Positions 22,700 to 37,059 of a stretch of 64,000 nucleotides of DNA are shown in pieces. The notes beneath the pieces are model-generated. The model had not been told where the DNA came from. It was given only the letters and a program-made list of their open reading frames with translations, and did no database searches. A program made the translations under genes and the position numbers. Location: positions 604,978 to 668,977 of the forward strand of contig NW_002060953.1 in the NCBI RefSeq assembly GCF_000150275.1, in the 5' to 3' direction. The stretch is from Trichoplax adhaerens (taxonomy: Eukaryota; Animalia; Placozoa). The first letter of the stretch is position 1, and every line of letters starts with the position of its first letter.

Positions 22700-25600
22700 T
22701 TAATCCCAAGGATTCTTGCTTATTTTTGGATGCCGTTCTAAAAATAACATCATTATAAGTCTTGTATATTCGATATTAACTACTGTCACTATCAGTTATG
22801 TATATCCAATGTAATATTAATAATCTAAAGTAATTGTAACATTTTGTTTATTGTAAATGCTTTGAGAATTCAATTAGTTTACGCAAAGATGCGTTATAAT
22901 CGTTACCATTTTTTGTGCTCGATGATTTTCGTCGTTGATTTGCTTCATCATCACTGTCAAGAACATGATAACATTAGACAATGCGTGAAAATATAGCAAT
23001 TGGATAAAATTTAGGTTATTCTTTACATCTTACAAACCTTATCTGCCTTAAATCTTTACGATTAATTCGTACTGGGGCTAGTTTAGGCCCACTCCGGCTT
23101 GTTACATCTTCGGTACTTGTGCTACTTTCCGGTCTTGCTGATCGGGGAGGCTTTGCAGACTTGGATCGTAAATCAGATAAATCTCCGCTTAAGCTATAAG
23201 TTCCACCCAGCTTCTCTCTTGACGTCGATGATGAAGGCTCTGCTGATATCGTTTTTTCTGCCTTTTGATCTTGCTGTGCATTAAGTGTATCACGAACTTT
23301 CTTCTTCATTTCTCGGCTTAAGCGTTTGTAATAAAATAAATCTTTCTCAAGCTCTTTAATTCGTTGGGTAAGTACTCTAAAGGGTAATTTAAATATGATT
23401 TAGTATTTAGTCACGTCAAGTTTCGAGTATTATCATTATCTTATTGATCAAAGATGAATAAATGCAAGTATTGGCTTACTCAGTATCCGAAGGAGCAGAC
23501 GGTTCAGAAGTAGATTTAGATTCTTCTTCTTGATATTTCGATAGTTGTTTCATGAGATGCTGCATTTTTTTTTCGTATTCCTGATCAAAAGGTAGATCAT
23601 CGATATTACTTATGATTGAATTTACTGCAAAATTCAACAATAGTGTACACATTATTACTAACTTTCTGTTGATACATTAATTTTCTGTCATTTTCATGCT
23701 TGGACAACTGTAAGGATAACTCTAATTGTGCAATCGATTTACCTTGTTCATCAATTTGTAGCTATAAATGAAAAGTAAGAGTATATTGAAAATAAGAGTA
23801 TCATTTATCACTGGTTAACATAAGTTCCTGTTAACTTTAAGACTACCGTACTATATGGCAACTGAATGCCAATTTCTTCCTGGAAAGTGAATTATATTAT
23901 AATTTAATGAAACAGCTCATATCCTACTTTTAGTTGGTCAATACACTTTTCTTTCCTTTTTTCATCTTCTCTGAGATCGACAACCTGACAAGATCGATTC
24001 CTGGTTAAGCTACTATCTCCTTGATAAAGTTGCTAGCGTAAAGGAGAAAAATTTGTTTGGAAATTTTTCGCCTACCTTATCGATATATTTTTGCAGTAAT
24101 TCTTTGGATTCAATTTCAGAGATATGGTCTAATCTCTTTCTTATGGAATGACCAGACTAAAATTATAAGATACAAAAGATAAAAGTGCAATGGATAAATA
24201 TCATGAAATACTGTTTGAACGTATTCAAATTCATTAAATAATTACAATTATTAATATATATCTATTGGCCGTCGCTCCTACTAGATATTGAATAATTCAT
24301 TCCATATTGTATTTTTAATAAATTCTAACTTTTCCTAATTCTTCATCTTCTTGATTGAGAAGTAGTCTCTTCTTTTTCTTGATAGCTTCATTCTTAAACT
24401 CGATAGCAGCATTGAGAGCTTCGATGGCTTCATCCATTTCTAACAGTCTGCGAATAATCAAATACAGCATTAGCCTAGATAGACATTACCGATATTCAAT
24501 GATTCCTTTATGACTGACTGCCTAACTTACTTATGTTCCTCTTCTGGTGAATTAATACAATTGACTCTTAGATTTTCATCCAATTCATTTCGATTCTTTA
24601 ATAGTTTCTCCCTATTGTAAAGGAAGTTTAAATTTTAGTGTTTTTCTTGTACTATCATTATTAACTTGCATTTATTGGCAATGTAAATATTCATAAACTT
24701 AAAGATAAATTTTAGTTAGGATTACTTTTCGTTGTAAAGCTTGGATATGTCGTTTTGAAGTTGTTGGCTTTTTTGAACTAAAAGTAGACAGAAAATAGCT
24801 CATTGATAAGTTAAAATTCAAGTGTTTAAGCAGCTAACAACTTATAACTAACCACTCATTCGGCTACTTTTATCGTCAATATCTTTATCAATGGTGTCAA
24901 TTTGAGTAGATATTCTTAAAATGTCCTGCGTAATTGGTATTTTGGATAGAGAAGGATACAATAGTTAAGTGATTTGAGTACATAATCTTGAAATATTCTG
25001 TATATTTCGTATATTTAGATAGTTGATAAGTTTAGGCAGGAAATACTACAACTGATAGATTGTTTTCGTAATTCTCGTAGTTCCAATCGACAGACATCGG
25101 GATGATTTCTAACAAACCTTCGAAATAGCTTGACTACTTCGTAGCTTTATTAGTTCTAGGTTGCTTCTTTCCGATAATAAACTTTCCTTATTGGATACAA
25201 TTTCTTCCCTACGGCGAATTTCCTGTCAAACGTAATAGGAAGTATAAAAAATCGTTAATAATTCATGTTCTATGCAAGAGTAGTAGGATAGATAAGCTTA
25301 CCTCTTCATAATCTTCCATATCTCTTCTTCTCTGGATTATCTTTTCTACTTCACTATCTAGCCAAGCCTTTTTCTTATTTAGTTCTTCCCTTTCCATACT
25401 CGTATTTAATTTCGGTTTAGCTTGTTCTTCCTCATATTGCTGTTGTAATTCCTTCAACTTGTCCTGTTGTTGTCGCAAAGTTTCCTAGTACAGGAGATAA
25501 ATTATAAGTCAAGGCGTACTTAAAAAAAGATTAACATTTCTTTTTTTACAAAATTTGGATCTTGTCTTACTTCTAGACGAGCTTTTATTTCTGCTTCTTC

Positions 25601-28600
25601 TTTTAACTTAGCTTTAGAAATGTCTATTTGGGCATGCATTCGCTTAGTTTCTTCAGCATAATTATCAATTCTAGGATGGAAATCAAGTACTCCATTTATT
25701 GTCATTTTCATCGGCAAGCTATGCAATTAGATCAATCTGTTTTTTACCTCTCTAAGGTTTCGTGATGAATTGTATTCATATGTTCATATTCCTTGAAAAG
25801 CAGAAGGGTAAAAAATATGTTTTGTTATTAGATATGGCTAAATCATTCTTTTGCAATTATACTAGCATATTCTAAATTTTCAACATTATACATACAGCTT
25901 GTAGCTTTTCCAGAGCCCTTTGACGTTCTTCGGCGATTTTCATCGTGGTCTGATATTCTCTAAAAGAAATAAACCAAGTAATGCTTATATAGTATATAGA
26001 TATCCTTTTAAAATATTTACTATAAAGCTTAATGAAAGCTTCTGCATTGATTACTTTTCTAATTTCTTCTTCTCATTGGTATCCTGCTCTTCTTGTTGAT
26101 CGTAACCATCTATTGCAGCTTTGGCAGATGTTAATTCATTCTGATATTTCTGATTATCCTAGATTCAAGCACAGAGTTTTAAAATATTTGAAGCAACTTA
26201 AAGTTAATCGTGAATGCTAAAAGAAGGTAAGTAACAGTAATATGGAAAGCATTGCACGATAATATACCCACCGATTTCATTGTATTTATACGATTGACAG
26301 TGGTCTTATTTAAGCTCTTCATTTCGTTACGGCTAGCCTTTAGCTCGTGGATAAGATCTTCTTTAATTCTAAGTATAAACGTGAAGAATGTATTTGATTT
26401 GATTAGGCTTTAAGCACTATACTTCTATCATGGAAAATAATTGTTATTTTAAAATACGTCGATACCTTATACTGGTAGAGAGAGACCGAATTTGATGTTG
26501 ATAATCCGTTAAACGAGCCTGTGATTCTTTAAGATTAATTTTTACTGAATCTGTATTGAATTGTAATTGATTAACGCTTTTTCGAAGGGTCTTTTCTAGC
26601 GAATCTTCGACGATGTATTCATCATCTATAAAATAAAGCCATGATCGAATATTATACATTTCTCACATATGAAGTTGGTGCAATGATGAAATAATCGTCT
26701 AAAAACGAGTCCGGTACTAATTTGATCGCTAATATTACGATGAAATAGGCTAGGTTAGGTTAACAAGGTAATAAAATTTTGATATTTCATGAAAAATAAT
26801 ATACAATATTCTATAAGTACAAACTCTTCTCAATTTATGCTGAATTTTAGTATAATATTGCATAAAGTTTCAGTCTTGGAATCATTTTAAAACTAATTTC
26901 AGTTAGCTCAAACTGCAACAGTTATCCTTGCTTTAAGAGATATCCAATACATGGTTGCAAAGAAGTATTTAAAATTCGCTAGGTAAATTAGAGTCATTAA
27001 AATGTTCTGGCTACCTCGAACTTTTTACATATTCTATGCAATATGAAATAAAAGTCAAGCAATAAATCGTTCAATCTCTATTGAAATAGAATTAATGGAA
27101 AATAGTATGAAATTAGTAGAATATAACCTATGCTTCTATCTTTCTCTGTAATAAATGGTGGAGCGGAATTAGAAGGTGGAATATCCACGTTAGCTTTTGA
27201 TTTTGGTACCATTTCTGATTCTTTTTGAGCTATAATCCTATTATTTTGCATGTAAAGATGGTTAGCCTTGAATAAAATGAGCTATCGTATATCTATAGAT
27301 GGATAACATTTTAGCGGATCAATTTACCTATACAGATAGCGATCTTTTTGCTGAATTTTTTCAAGTTCTTCATCATCGATATGATTAGGTCTTAAAACCT
27401 GCCAAAAGTCGACAAATATCCAAATTATAATCATTTTTTGATGTATGTTGAAAAAATTTGCTCATCTACCTCGTCTTCATCCTCAATTCTGGATTCAAGT
27501 ATCCGACTACGCGCTCGAAATGTTTGTAACATTTTATCGCCTGACAACTATGTGATAAAATAAATTAAATTATATTAGTACGCCGATCGACTTTAGACAG
27601 ACATGAAGGTTATCAATAGCAATAATTCTTCATTCTTTTATCCTAACCACTGCTGGACTACTATGCAAATTTCTTGTCGTTGAGCTACCAGAGCGAAATT
27701 TTCCCTGTGATATTGAATGAAACTTGTGTTAGATATAATCACGTCGATAACGAGTAGGAGTCAGTAGAGGATTCGAAACTCCAATTCTAGCTACGGTACA
27801 AGCTACGCAGAAACATAGTAGACTTTGGCTAAGATAGAACAAAATCTTGTTTAGATTTACCTTTGCGGGTAAAGGTTTAATATCATCATTGCATGGCATC
27901 GAGCTTGATCGAAGTTGCTTGGGTAGATGGTGATATTGAACATTTTTATCTTGGTCATTTTCCATTATTTCTACATTTGTGAATACCGAAGAATCTTCCG
28001 GATTTTCATCAATTAATTTCAATTGTAGTTCTAAAAGACGTTGCTCTAAATTCTCATTCTGCCTGTGAGAATGCTCTAGCGCTTCTTTATATTGTTTGTT
28101 TTCCGTTTGCTATTCCCAATTTTTCCATATGTTATTACGAAATCAACATCGTTATTCATTATAGCTCCATATCGTTGCTTAAAAAATTTATTAAAATATT
28201 AATGGCATTACCAGTGATTCTAAGCGATTGTTGGCTTGATCGACTTCTTTAATTTTTTCAGCAAAGATTTCTTCATCGCTTGCTAAATCGGCACGTAACT
28301 AGGTAGCGAAAAAATTTATTAAAATTGGACAATTAGTTTTTGAGTTAAATTCATCTTTGACGGGAAAAATGGTTATAAGATCATCATTGCATATACCTTG
28401 ATAAGCTCTTCACGTAGTTGTTGAATGATATCATTTTGACTTTCTCTATAAAATAGAATCAATGCAGTCGATTCAATAAATGATTAGCAAAATTGTATTC
28501 ATTTCAAGTAGTTTAAGTGTTCTATCTTGATGGAATTTCATTGAATCTTACGCTAGGTCATATAGATGAACTAGTTGCGAATTATGAGTAGCCAATGTAG

Positions 28601-31600
28601 TCATACTTTGTAGATAAGTTTTCATAAGAAAAAATGAAATTTTTCTTGAGACTAGTTGCTTTTTGTGCTTGTAATTTTCCTATGTTACTTAAGCTATTTA
28701 CTATACTCTCGAAGTAATTTTAGCAATTTTTAGTGCAAACTATCAGAAATAGGCAATTAGCAAGTTTGCTACCGGGCAAAGAGGACAAAATTTGTTCATT
28801 AATTATTGTTATAATCGTAAAAGATTAGTAAGAGTACACGAGAATAATTGGCTAACTGAATTAGCTTCTATTATACTTTTTTGCGGTAGCAATTGAGCAG
28901 AAACACCGGTATCGCAGAAATTATACTATTTATACGATAATGTTGATATGAGCTACTATTTATGTAATAGATGATTTAGTAGTGCACCGAGATTCCGAAG
29001 TAGCAGTTATAAATTAGGTTACAAGAGATCACTTGATATAAAACTTAATTATACTATGTAATTTTGAGTTATGGGTGTGAATATAATAGAACAAATAGGG
29101 ATTAATAGGTTTAAACGCCATTATTAATACTGACCTTACTGGAAGAAAGCCACTAATTCTGACCTTTTCCTCCTTTGGTATTAAAAGTGTTTTGGAATCA
29201 GTTAGAAAGTTGTTGATAGGTGAAATTATAACATATAATGATTACAGCTTATTTTGAAGAAGCGCTAATGGTATTTATGTCACGTTACTATCGTTATGTG
29301 CATTGGCATACCCGTTTAATTAGGTCTAACCAGCTGTTCATTTTTGTTTGGGATAACATATCGGAAGATGGTTCATTCTAGAAAGAGATAAATTCAATAA
29401 CTAATTTTATTCGTTGAAATCAATATGGCGGTTTCATTTGGATAAATAGCATAAATTGCGGTAAATGAGCATTATGGCCAGGTCGATAATTTAATTTCTA
29501 TTCGAAATCTGATCAAGATTACTTAGCCAATGCGATAGTTTACGGCTTACTCAGATATGATATGTGAGATTGTAAAATATGGTATATGTTAATTTTAAAT
29601 GATTACTTCTTTACAATTAGTTTCTTAATCGTCATGAATGAGTATGGAATAACATTTACATACTTCTTCCAAGTCAGAAAATATATTTTTAGCTTCTTTG
29701 ATGCACTCATAGTAAAAGATACAATCGTTTCTGTACCTAGAAGAGACATAGAAAGCTTAAATAAGTCTTAGGATATTAAATCAAGTATCAAACTATAGCG
29801 GTTATTAAGTATATCTAGTGATAATCGCGCATAGTAGCGTAATATACGACCATAAAAATATGGATAACTATAATTATTTCGTCAAAAATGTATCGAAGAA
29901 AGTCAAAAGTGTAGGAAAGCACAGTTATTTAGAAAGATTTACTTATCCAGTTGTGTTTCTAGAGTTTGTATTTTCTTCCCATCTTCTTCCGTCAGTTCCT
30001 ATTAAAACACCCAGTATAGAATTAGTCTAGATTTCAATATCTGTACAGAAATCATGGTAAAGGCAGCTAAGATGTCTCATATGATATCGTAGTGGTACGG
30101 TAGTCGCGATAGCTATTAATATTACACAAGGCTTGACTTACTTCTGTTTCTCCTTCAAGGTGTTTTCGCTTTTCTAATTCATCACGTAGTGACTTAGAGG
30201 TTAATCAATAAATGAACTAATTATTTTGTAGTCGCTATAATGCCATGGTATTAAGTTATTTATCAAGAACTTATTTTAAGACGATAATGTTCAAGGATAT
30301 ACCTGTATTTCGGATTGCATTTCAGCTATTTTTAGGGATCGTGGATCGATGTTGACAATTGGTTTGTTTTTAATATTGCGAGCCTTGGACATTTTTGAAA
30401 TAATCTTAGAGATTAACTACATACTTGGCACTCAACTGATTTTATATTTTTACCCTGTTTGCGTAATTTAGTGCGTTTAAGCTTTCAGCGAAGTTACTTG
30501 AGGCCGGACTGAGACAAGTTAGCATTAACGTTCGAGAATTACCACCCAGAGAATCCTGTAAATAATATTCATATGTTAATAAATAATATGCCAGATATTA
30601 ATATTATTCAATAAAGAATGTTATTGGTCGAAAAGCTTACTTTCAGCAATCGTGTTAGTTTAGAATCTCGATAAGGAACATGGGCATACTATAAGTATAG
30701 CAGATTATATAATAATTATATCTCCTTAAAGCGATTTGTCGTACAACTTTAAAATTATCAAACCTTTTTCTTCGAATCACCTAAAGCACTGATTACATTA
30801 CCAAGAGCAAGTAATCCAGAATTGATATGAACAGATTCTAGTATTATAATAAGGAAACGCATAGGTTATGAGTCAATGACTTAATTTATTTTTTCTCTAC
30901 TTAATATGGATATCGTAAGTAAAGATGCATACCTTTAAATCGAAGACCTGCAGTACCGGCTTTATGGGAACGCTCTGAACCAGCTAAGTCAACGAAATGA
31001 AATTTCGAACACATGAAATGCGGTTCGTTTCTGTCTTCTGCTATTAGATAAAAGATGAGAAAGATTATAAATTTCTTTATTTATCTGTTCTAAACAGGCT
31101 AGTTGATGTTTTGTAGCTAGATAATGGTATATATATATATATATATATGTTAAACTGTAGAATCAAGCTATTATTAATGCTGTAGATGGAATACCTTGAA
31201 TATCTCCATCACTTTCATTTTGATGAGATAATAAGATTTTAGATCGATAATTTAATTTCCTAACTCCGTTCCATCGTTGTTCTATTTTTAAAAAAATGGC
31301 ATAAATCAAGAAATATTAAGCCTTAAATTGAATCTTCTGGCTATTTAAAGTTGATATATGATGGCTTTATAAGCAGTTCTACCGATAGTAACTGTGAAAA
31401 TGCTATGAGATCGGCTAGACTGTTCATTCATAGCGGTAGCACCGGTGTGACGGGCTAGGGAACCGACGTCTAAATAATGTAAAGCTTCTTCAGCTGAGTC
31501 AACATTTTCTTCTCTTGCTCCAGTGACAACTGTAAAATAGAGATATTCTCGAGGATTAAATTAGATTGTAAAGATTGCTTGAACTATTTAAATATGATTC

Positions 31601-33209
31601 TTTAAGCAAATAGCTCTTTCCTAGCAACTAAGGTGATGAAGTTATTAATTTAGCTGTTTGTAGAAATACCTGTATTTCCATGGCTGTCATCACGAATATG
31701 CATCTCCTTTCCCACCGAATCGACATCAAGAAGGTCATGCATTTCTTCTCGATAGATTTCGATATAGGAGACTTTCATCTCGATATCGATAGAATTTGCC
31801 TGATGTTGCACACACGAATAATTTAGAAAAGTAATTTAAATGGAATGGAGCGTAATATAGCTGTATACTTCAGTTGAGTACCTGAATTACTTCGAAGATT
31901 CTTTTAATTGCCCTGGAAATAATCCCCGCTTCTTCTTCTGATGTGCCAGCTGTATTCGCTCCACCAATTGTATAAGTTTTACCAGAACCCTATCATATCG
32001 GTATACAGTACCCATTATGTGTATCATTTAACGTTGATACTAAAATTAGTGATTGTGCATATAATAATTATAAAATGAACTATATATTGTTCAATTTCGT
32101 AAAAAAAATAACTCACAGTTTGTCCATATGCAAAAATGGTTACATTATAGCCTTCAAAGCAGTTTTGTAGCAATGGCTCAACACAGTTTTCAAAGAGCTC
32201 AGTCTGGGTAGTGCTTTGTGAAAAGGCATAATCGAATGTAAATGATTTGTTTTTTCCGATGACCACTTGAGGCTGATTTGGAATAGACCAAATGCATTCA
32301 TCGTAACCTTGCAATTTTTCCTGTGGCAGTAATGGTCTGACCTGGTAATATTTATAGGAATAAATATTAGTAAATGTATGGAAATATACAGCAGAACGGC
32401 ATTTCTTTGTGTTCAAGCTAGCAAAGTTAAAACTAATTATTTACTGATAAGTTAAACTTGTAGTGCTTTCTATGCTATTGTATATTTCTGCCAAAACCAT
32501 ACTTGTATACGCTGAGGCAGAAAAAGCTTTTAAAGTATAATTTGAAGGTATTTAGTAAAGGAAGCGATTTTCATAACAGAACGTGTTCTTGCAGTTATGG
32601 TTTCACCACATCATTTGCAATCTTAGTCATATCTCTTAAAAATCGTATGTGGTGATGTTTGGCGATTTTTTTATCGTTTAAAAATAAATGCTCGTATTGC
32701 AGAATGTGTTCATACAGTTATAATGTCATTATATAACATGCAACCATGGTTATATCTTTCAAAATCGTATATTACGGTTTTGGCAATTTCTTCTTTTAAA
32801 AGTAAATACTCGCACTACGACCAATGCTTGTAGTCTTTATTTTAAAGAGTTATTATTACAAGGGTCAAATAGAGGTTTAAGACAATTATCACGATAGTGA
32901 TAGTTTCAATTAAAGTAATCATGTTAAACTGTTTACGAAATGTTGTTATTAAAATGGATAGGTTATATCACGTTCTATGGCAAGGATGTGAAAGACAATT
33001 GTTGCCAGTAGTTTATTGCGATATTCTGCGGCAATTAGAAGATATTACTATTGCAGTAATGGTTAGATATTTGAATGAATTTACTTTGCGATTAGATGAG
33101 TCATTTTGAACAGGTGCAAGATTATCATAATCATATAAATGATATTATTCTACCGTATATTTTGAATACTTACTCTGACAGCTACTCGAACCGGGACTTC
33201 TGTCGACAT
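22700..33209 (-). CDS. KIF27: Kinesin-4 family motor, KIF27/KIF7 (Costal-2) type; about 40 short exons
   Basis: Exon 1 33209-33174 [12 protein letters not shown]. Exon 2 32341-32117 VRPLL...FTFDYAF...[13 protein letters not shown], and the P-loop continues [10 protein letters not shown] (~31990). Switch [13 protein letters not shown] (~31430), switch [13 protein letters not shown] (~31000), [32 protein letters not shown]|DSLGGNSRT and [11 protein letters not shown] are present. Coiled-coil exons include [10 protein letters not shown] and [14 protein letters not shown]-like segments, and the C-terminus reads ...SKNPWD* (stop 22700-22702). Internal stalk exon boundaries are approximate. Confidence 0.9.
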
Positions 33210-33821
33210 ATTTACTCTTATTGGAAGCTATTTTACCGTAGCTGGAGTTCTAGAGTAACAGACACTTCTTGCTGATCACCAATAAAAAGTTAAGCTATCC
33301 TTTGCTGACATTATTCCTCTCCATTAATTTCTATAATTGGTATGTCTATATTGCGCAAAAGATGATCTCTATATACAGCATAGTGTAGCGTAGACGGTTA
33401 TATAGACGCTTGCAATAGCTGGAAAGCCTTAGAAGCTGTACTGTAACCTTAACAACCGACGGTTCCGTTCTCTCTGGATCAAGGTTAATGTGCGCACGCG
33501 TTATCGGTTGCACTTTTCCAAAAGGTCTTCAGACATCCGGACGTAACCCACAAGCCACCATCATCACGAACCAAGCTATCACCTTGTTGCAGTTCCTACT
33601 AGATCGGTTGGTGAGAGAGATTTAGACATTTCTTGGAATAGAAGTGTGATTTAAAGGCATTCAGTGGTAAATTTGAATTTTATACGATTACATGATTTAG
33701 AAGGTAGTACTAACTATACCTTATTCATCGATGATCCTTGTCAGAAGTCATTGTTGGACAATTCTGTCCGATGGAATCTTCTTGTATTAATATCCTATAA
33801 TTAATGAATTTAGTTTTAAGG
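33210..33821. promoter_or_regulatory. Probable bidirectional promoter between KIF27 and ANAPC13, with a candidate RFX X-box
   Basis: The divergent start codons are ~610 bp apart and the region is locally CpG-richer. GTAACCTTAACAAC (33443-33456) fits the X-box pattern GTNRCC-N(0-3)-RRYAAC. A TGTGCGCACGCG (NRF1-like) motif lies near 33489. Confidence 0.55.
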
Positions 33822-34040
33822 ATGGATAGCCAGTATGCCATCAATGGACGATTAGTGGAAATTATAGATGATGAATGGAAAAAGGATAGTTTACCTGTGG
33901 AGCACGTACCTATACCGCTCAATCAATTACCGAATGATGAAGGTGAAAATGAATTTTTGAATACATGTTCGCTATCAACAGGCACAGATGAAGAGAAGAA
34001 ATGGACAGATTCCAATGTATTGTTAGAAAAGTTGCGTTAA
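33822..34040 (+). CDS. ANAPC13: Anaphase-promoting complex subunit 13 (72 aa)
   Basis: MDSQYAINGRLVEIIDDEWKKDSLPVEHVPIPLNQLP...DEEKKWTD follows the Apc13 pattern MDS..DGR..D.IDD.W..D.LP.EDV.IP..ELP...E.KWTDL. The true start is the 7th codon of ORF 33804-34040. Confidence 0.92.
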   Translation: MDSQYAINGRLVEIIDDEWKKDSLPVEHVPIPLNQLPNDEGENEFLNTCSLSTGTDEEKKWTDSNVLLEKLR

Positions 34041-36572
34041 TTAATATCGTTATGATTGGATATTTATCTTAACCGCAAGTGTTGATATACGAGGTATCAT
34101 ATGATCTCTCTGTTTCTATACTTTTATGTGGTCATGAGCGAATGCCATAATGTATTCGTTGCTTGTTGTCAGTGGTTGTGTAGACGATAGCTTTACGATA
34201 TGCTTAGGTTACAAGCCGTTAATTTAAATCGAACCACTGTATCTAGCAAAGTAGTCATGCATCCAGAGATGTCTATTTTACAGTTGATGCTTGTACAGTA
34301 CCTCATATTAGTTTTCAGCAACTTTTTAAATTGGGTAGAATACACTTAGTACAATATTAGGGCTCATCATTTACGAACATAAAATGATATCCTGTGTACG
34401 TCTCTTGCATCAATTGGCTTATCTCTTGTGATATAGATCTGTAAATAACTAATTTATAGATTGTGCCCCGTCTGCTCTAGCGGTAAATCTCCCGGAGTTT
34501 ATACGGTACTGTCGCGGATATTACCTCAAATTATGTTAAAGTTCGAATAGAATGAATGTCATCGGATGTAAATAGATTTAACTTGTATTTTCTTTATAAT
34601 ACCTATGTTATAAAATTGAATTTCGTTGCAAGGATGCTGTTTCTTAAATACTGAGTCAATGAATATGCTTGATATAAGGGGCTTTATTTATCGATATCTA
34701 AGGTATATCTATAATCTTTGTAAGTTCTTAATTGTTATTGCCATTAAATGTCTTTCTTTGCTGACTATGGATAAAAGTGGAATCTCGTAAAATCGCAATA
34801 TTGCATTGTAAGGTTATAGTGATAGTTCGTGTACAGTAATGTGTAAGTTTTTTTTAGAACGTGATTGATTACCAGCTGGTCGATCGGAATGGGGTATTAC
34901 TAAGTCTTGTTTTATGGTTGTAGTGTGCCTTGTCATTATTTTAGTAATGATTAAATCAACTACTGGGTGAAATTCGGATTGCCTGTTATAGCTACAGATG
35001 TATCTATACACTAAACAGTGTACAGCCATGTCGTGCATTTAACTAAATATTAAGACAGTACACCGGTGTACAGATAACTATTATTACAAATGCAATTTTT
35101 TGGCAGTGGTATGCAGGTACGAGCAGTCGTCATACTCTATCGCCTTGGATACTGGAAAAGTTAACGACCAGTAGACTTCAATGACTTGATTGAAAGTGTC
35201 TAGGATGGAATGGTTTGGAATAATTCTAGAAATAACTCCAGCATTTTGTTTTGCAGAGAAACTACTTCAGTTGCAGCCTTCACAAGTATTACCCCCAAAA
35301 TATATCGTATGGCGTACTTATTGATCAAAGGCAGGGCTAGAAGGAGTCATTTTAAGGGAATCCTGTAGGCTTTACGGGTCCCTTGCTAGGAAATTCTAGA
35401 CTCTTTACTCAGAGTGCATTACAGTATAATACAGGCCAGGCAGCGTTGCAGTGGAGTCGATGTGATATCGTATCCATATCCATTTCGCCGTTTTGTATTC
35501 TCCATCTTGGCACTTCCTCCGGAATTTAAAGTAATGGTAAAGAGTCTATGGTGTGAATGTACCTAGCATTACTATAATCAGTAATGTCCTTGCAGCAGAG
35601 ACACGGAATCGGCCATGGAGATATTGTAAAAATGGCTTCAATACCAAATACTTGTCTATGGGATTTTTTTCTTACTCTCTGAAATAACTATACCGCTATC
35701 CTAGTATGGCTAAACATAATGTTTGTCTTTATCTATCGATGACATTCGCCACTGCAAAGAGAACGCAAATGATTACTCGAAGGCAAGATCCAAGAAGAAG
35801 CGTGCACTATGCCAAAGGTCTGCGTTCATTACACCTTGACTGCTAATGTATAGTTGTCTATGCATTCTAGTCATCACAGATCCCCTAAGCAAGAGAGACA
35901 CACTAGAGAAAACTCAGGCAGTTTTTTTGGAACAAACAACATCATGTTTTATGGCTGTATAGTACATTACAATTGTGTCGTTTTGTTTATTTCTATTTCT
36001 GCGAAACAGAAAAGGGTTTTCCTATTTTGTTGTACGTTTATGGTACCAGTCCAACTGCTGTACACTAACTGATCTACATAGTACCATATTTATAGAATGG
36101 CTGATACTCTTGTTAAGCTTGTTTTCACAGCGCAATTCGAGAATGGATCGATGCATACTAGAAACCAGAAGAGGCTCTGTTTGAATGCGAACTGTTGTTA
36201 TATCGTTGGACAAGGGTAATAATAATGCAATATTGAAATAGTTCATGGCTGTATTGTCATAACGTTAGACTAAGAATTCAATATAGAAATAATATAATCC
36301 ATTACTATATTATAATGACCATGACTGAGAATTCAATACTGGAATAATTCACTACAGGACACCATGGTCATGATACTAGCCAATTTTCAGGGTTGCCAAC
36401 AATACTATTGTGCTTAACAGTGTACTGCATTTGAAATTTTAAAGGAGCAAAAACTATGGAGTCCAATGCAGGACAGTAGTGGTTAAGTTGTTGACTCTCT
36501 CCAATGAACTTGTCTTCTCCACATTACTCATAGTCACAAGTGTCCTACCCAAGCATTTGGTAGTCATTTGCA

Positions 36573-36962
36573 TAGGCTAAGGCTCGCTCTTGCGCTCTTT
36601 TTTAGACCTCGATAGCATTTTTGAACACGATATTTACAGTAAACGCCTGATCTGAACAATATTGATATCGTGATGCACCCATCCTAGCTATGCATACCAA
36701 TCAAATATAGCTATGCATACCAATCAAATATAGCTATCAACACCAATCAAATATAGCTATCAACACCAATCAAATATAGCTATCAACACCAATCAAATAT
36801 GGGTGTATTACTAGGCTAAGGCTCGCTCTTGCGCTCTTTTTTTGAACTCGATATTTATAGTAAACGCCTGATCTGAACAATATTGATATCGTGATGCACT
36901 CATCATAGCTATGAACACCAATCAAATATAGCTATCCTTATAATCCAATATAGGTGTATTAC
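36573..36962. repeat. Two-copy direct repeat containing a nested 23-bp minisatellite
   Basis: TAGGCTAAGGCTCGCTCTTGCGCTCTTTTTT at 36573 and 36812. Five 23-bp units TAGCTAT(GC/CA)A(T/C)ACCAATCAAATA lie at 36685-36799 in copy 1, and about 1-2 units in copy 2. Confidence 0.92.
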
Positions 36963-37059
36963 TACCATTTCTGACTGGACTACCCTGCTAAAAAGAAATA
37001 GCAATCGAGTTTCTTCCTCCGCCATTGATTCAATCCGCTAGGACTGGTTTGAGAAATGA

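Noticed and set aside
31128-31148. (TA)n microsatellite
   Set aside because: An ordinary short intronic microsatellite.
34465-34555. tRNA/SINE-like A-box (GCTCTAGCGGTA) and GTTCGAA B-box
   Set aside because: No acceptor stem or cloverleaf can be formed, and there is no second copy in the window.
35300-36250. Fragmented hydrophobic ORFs suggesting a decayed GPCR or other pseudogene
   Set aside because: I found no convincing family motif (no DRY, CWxP or NPxxY). A tblastx search would be needed.
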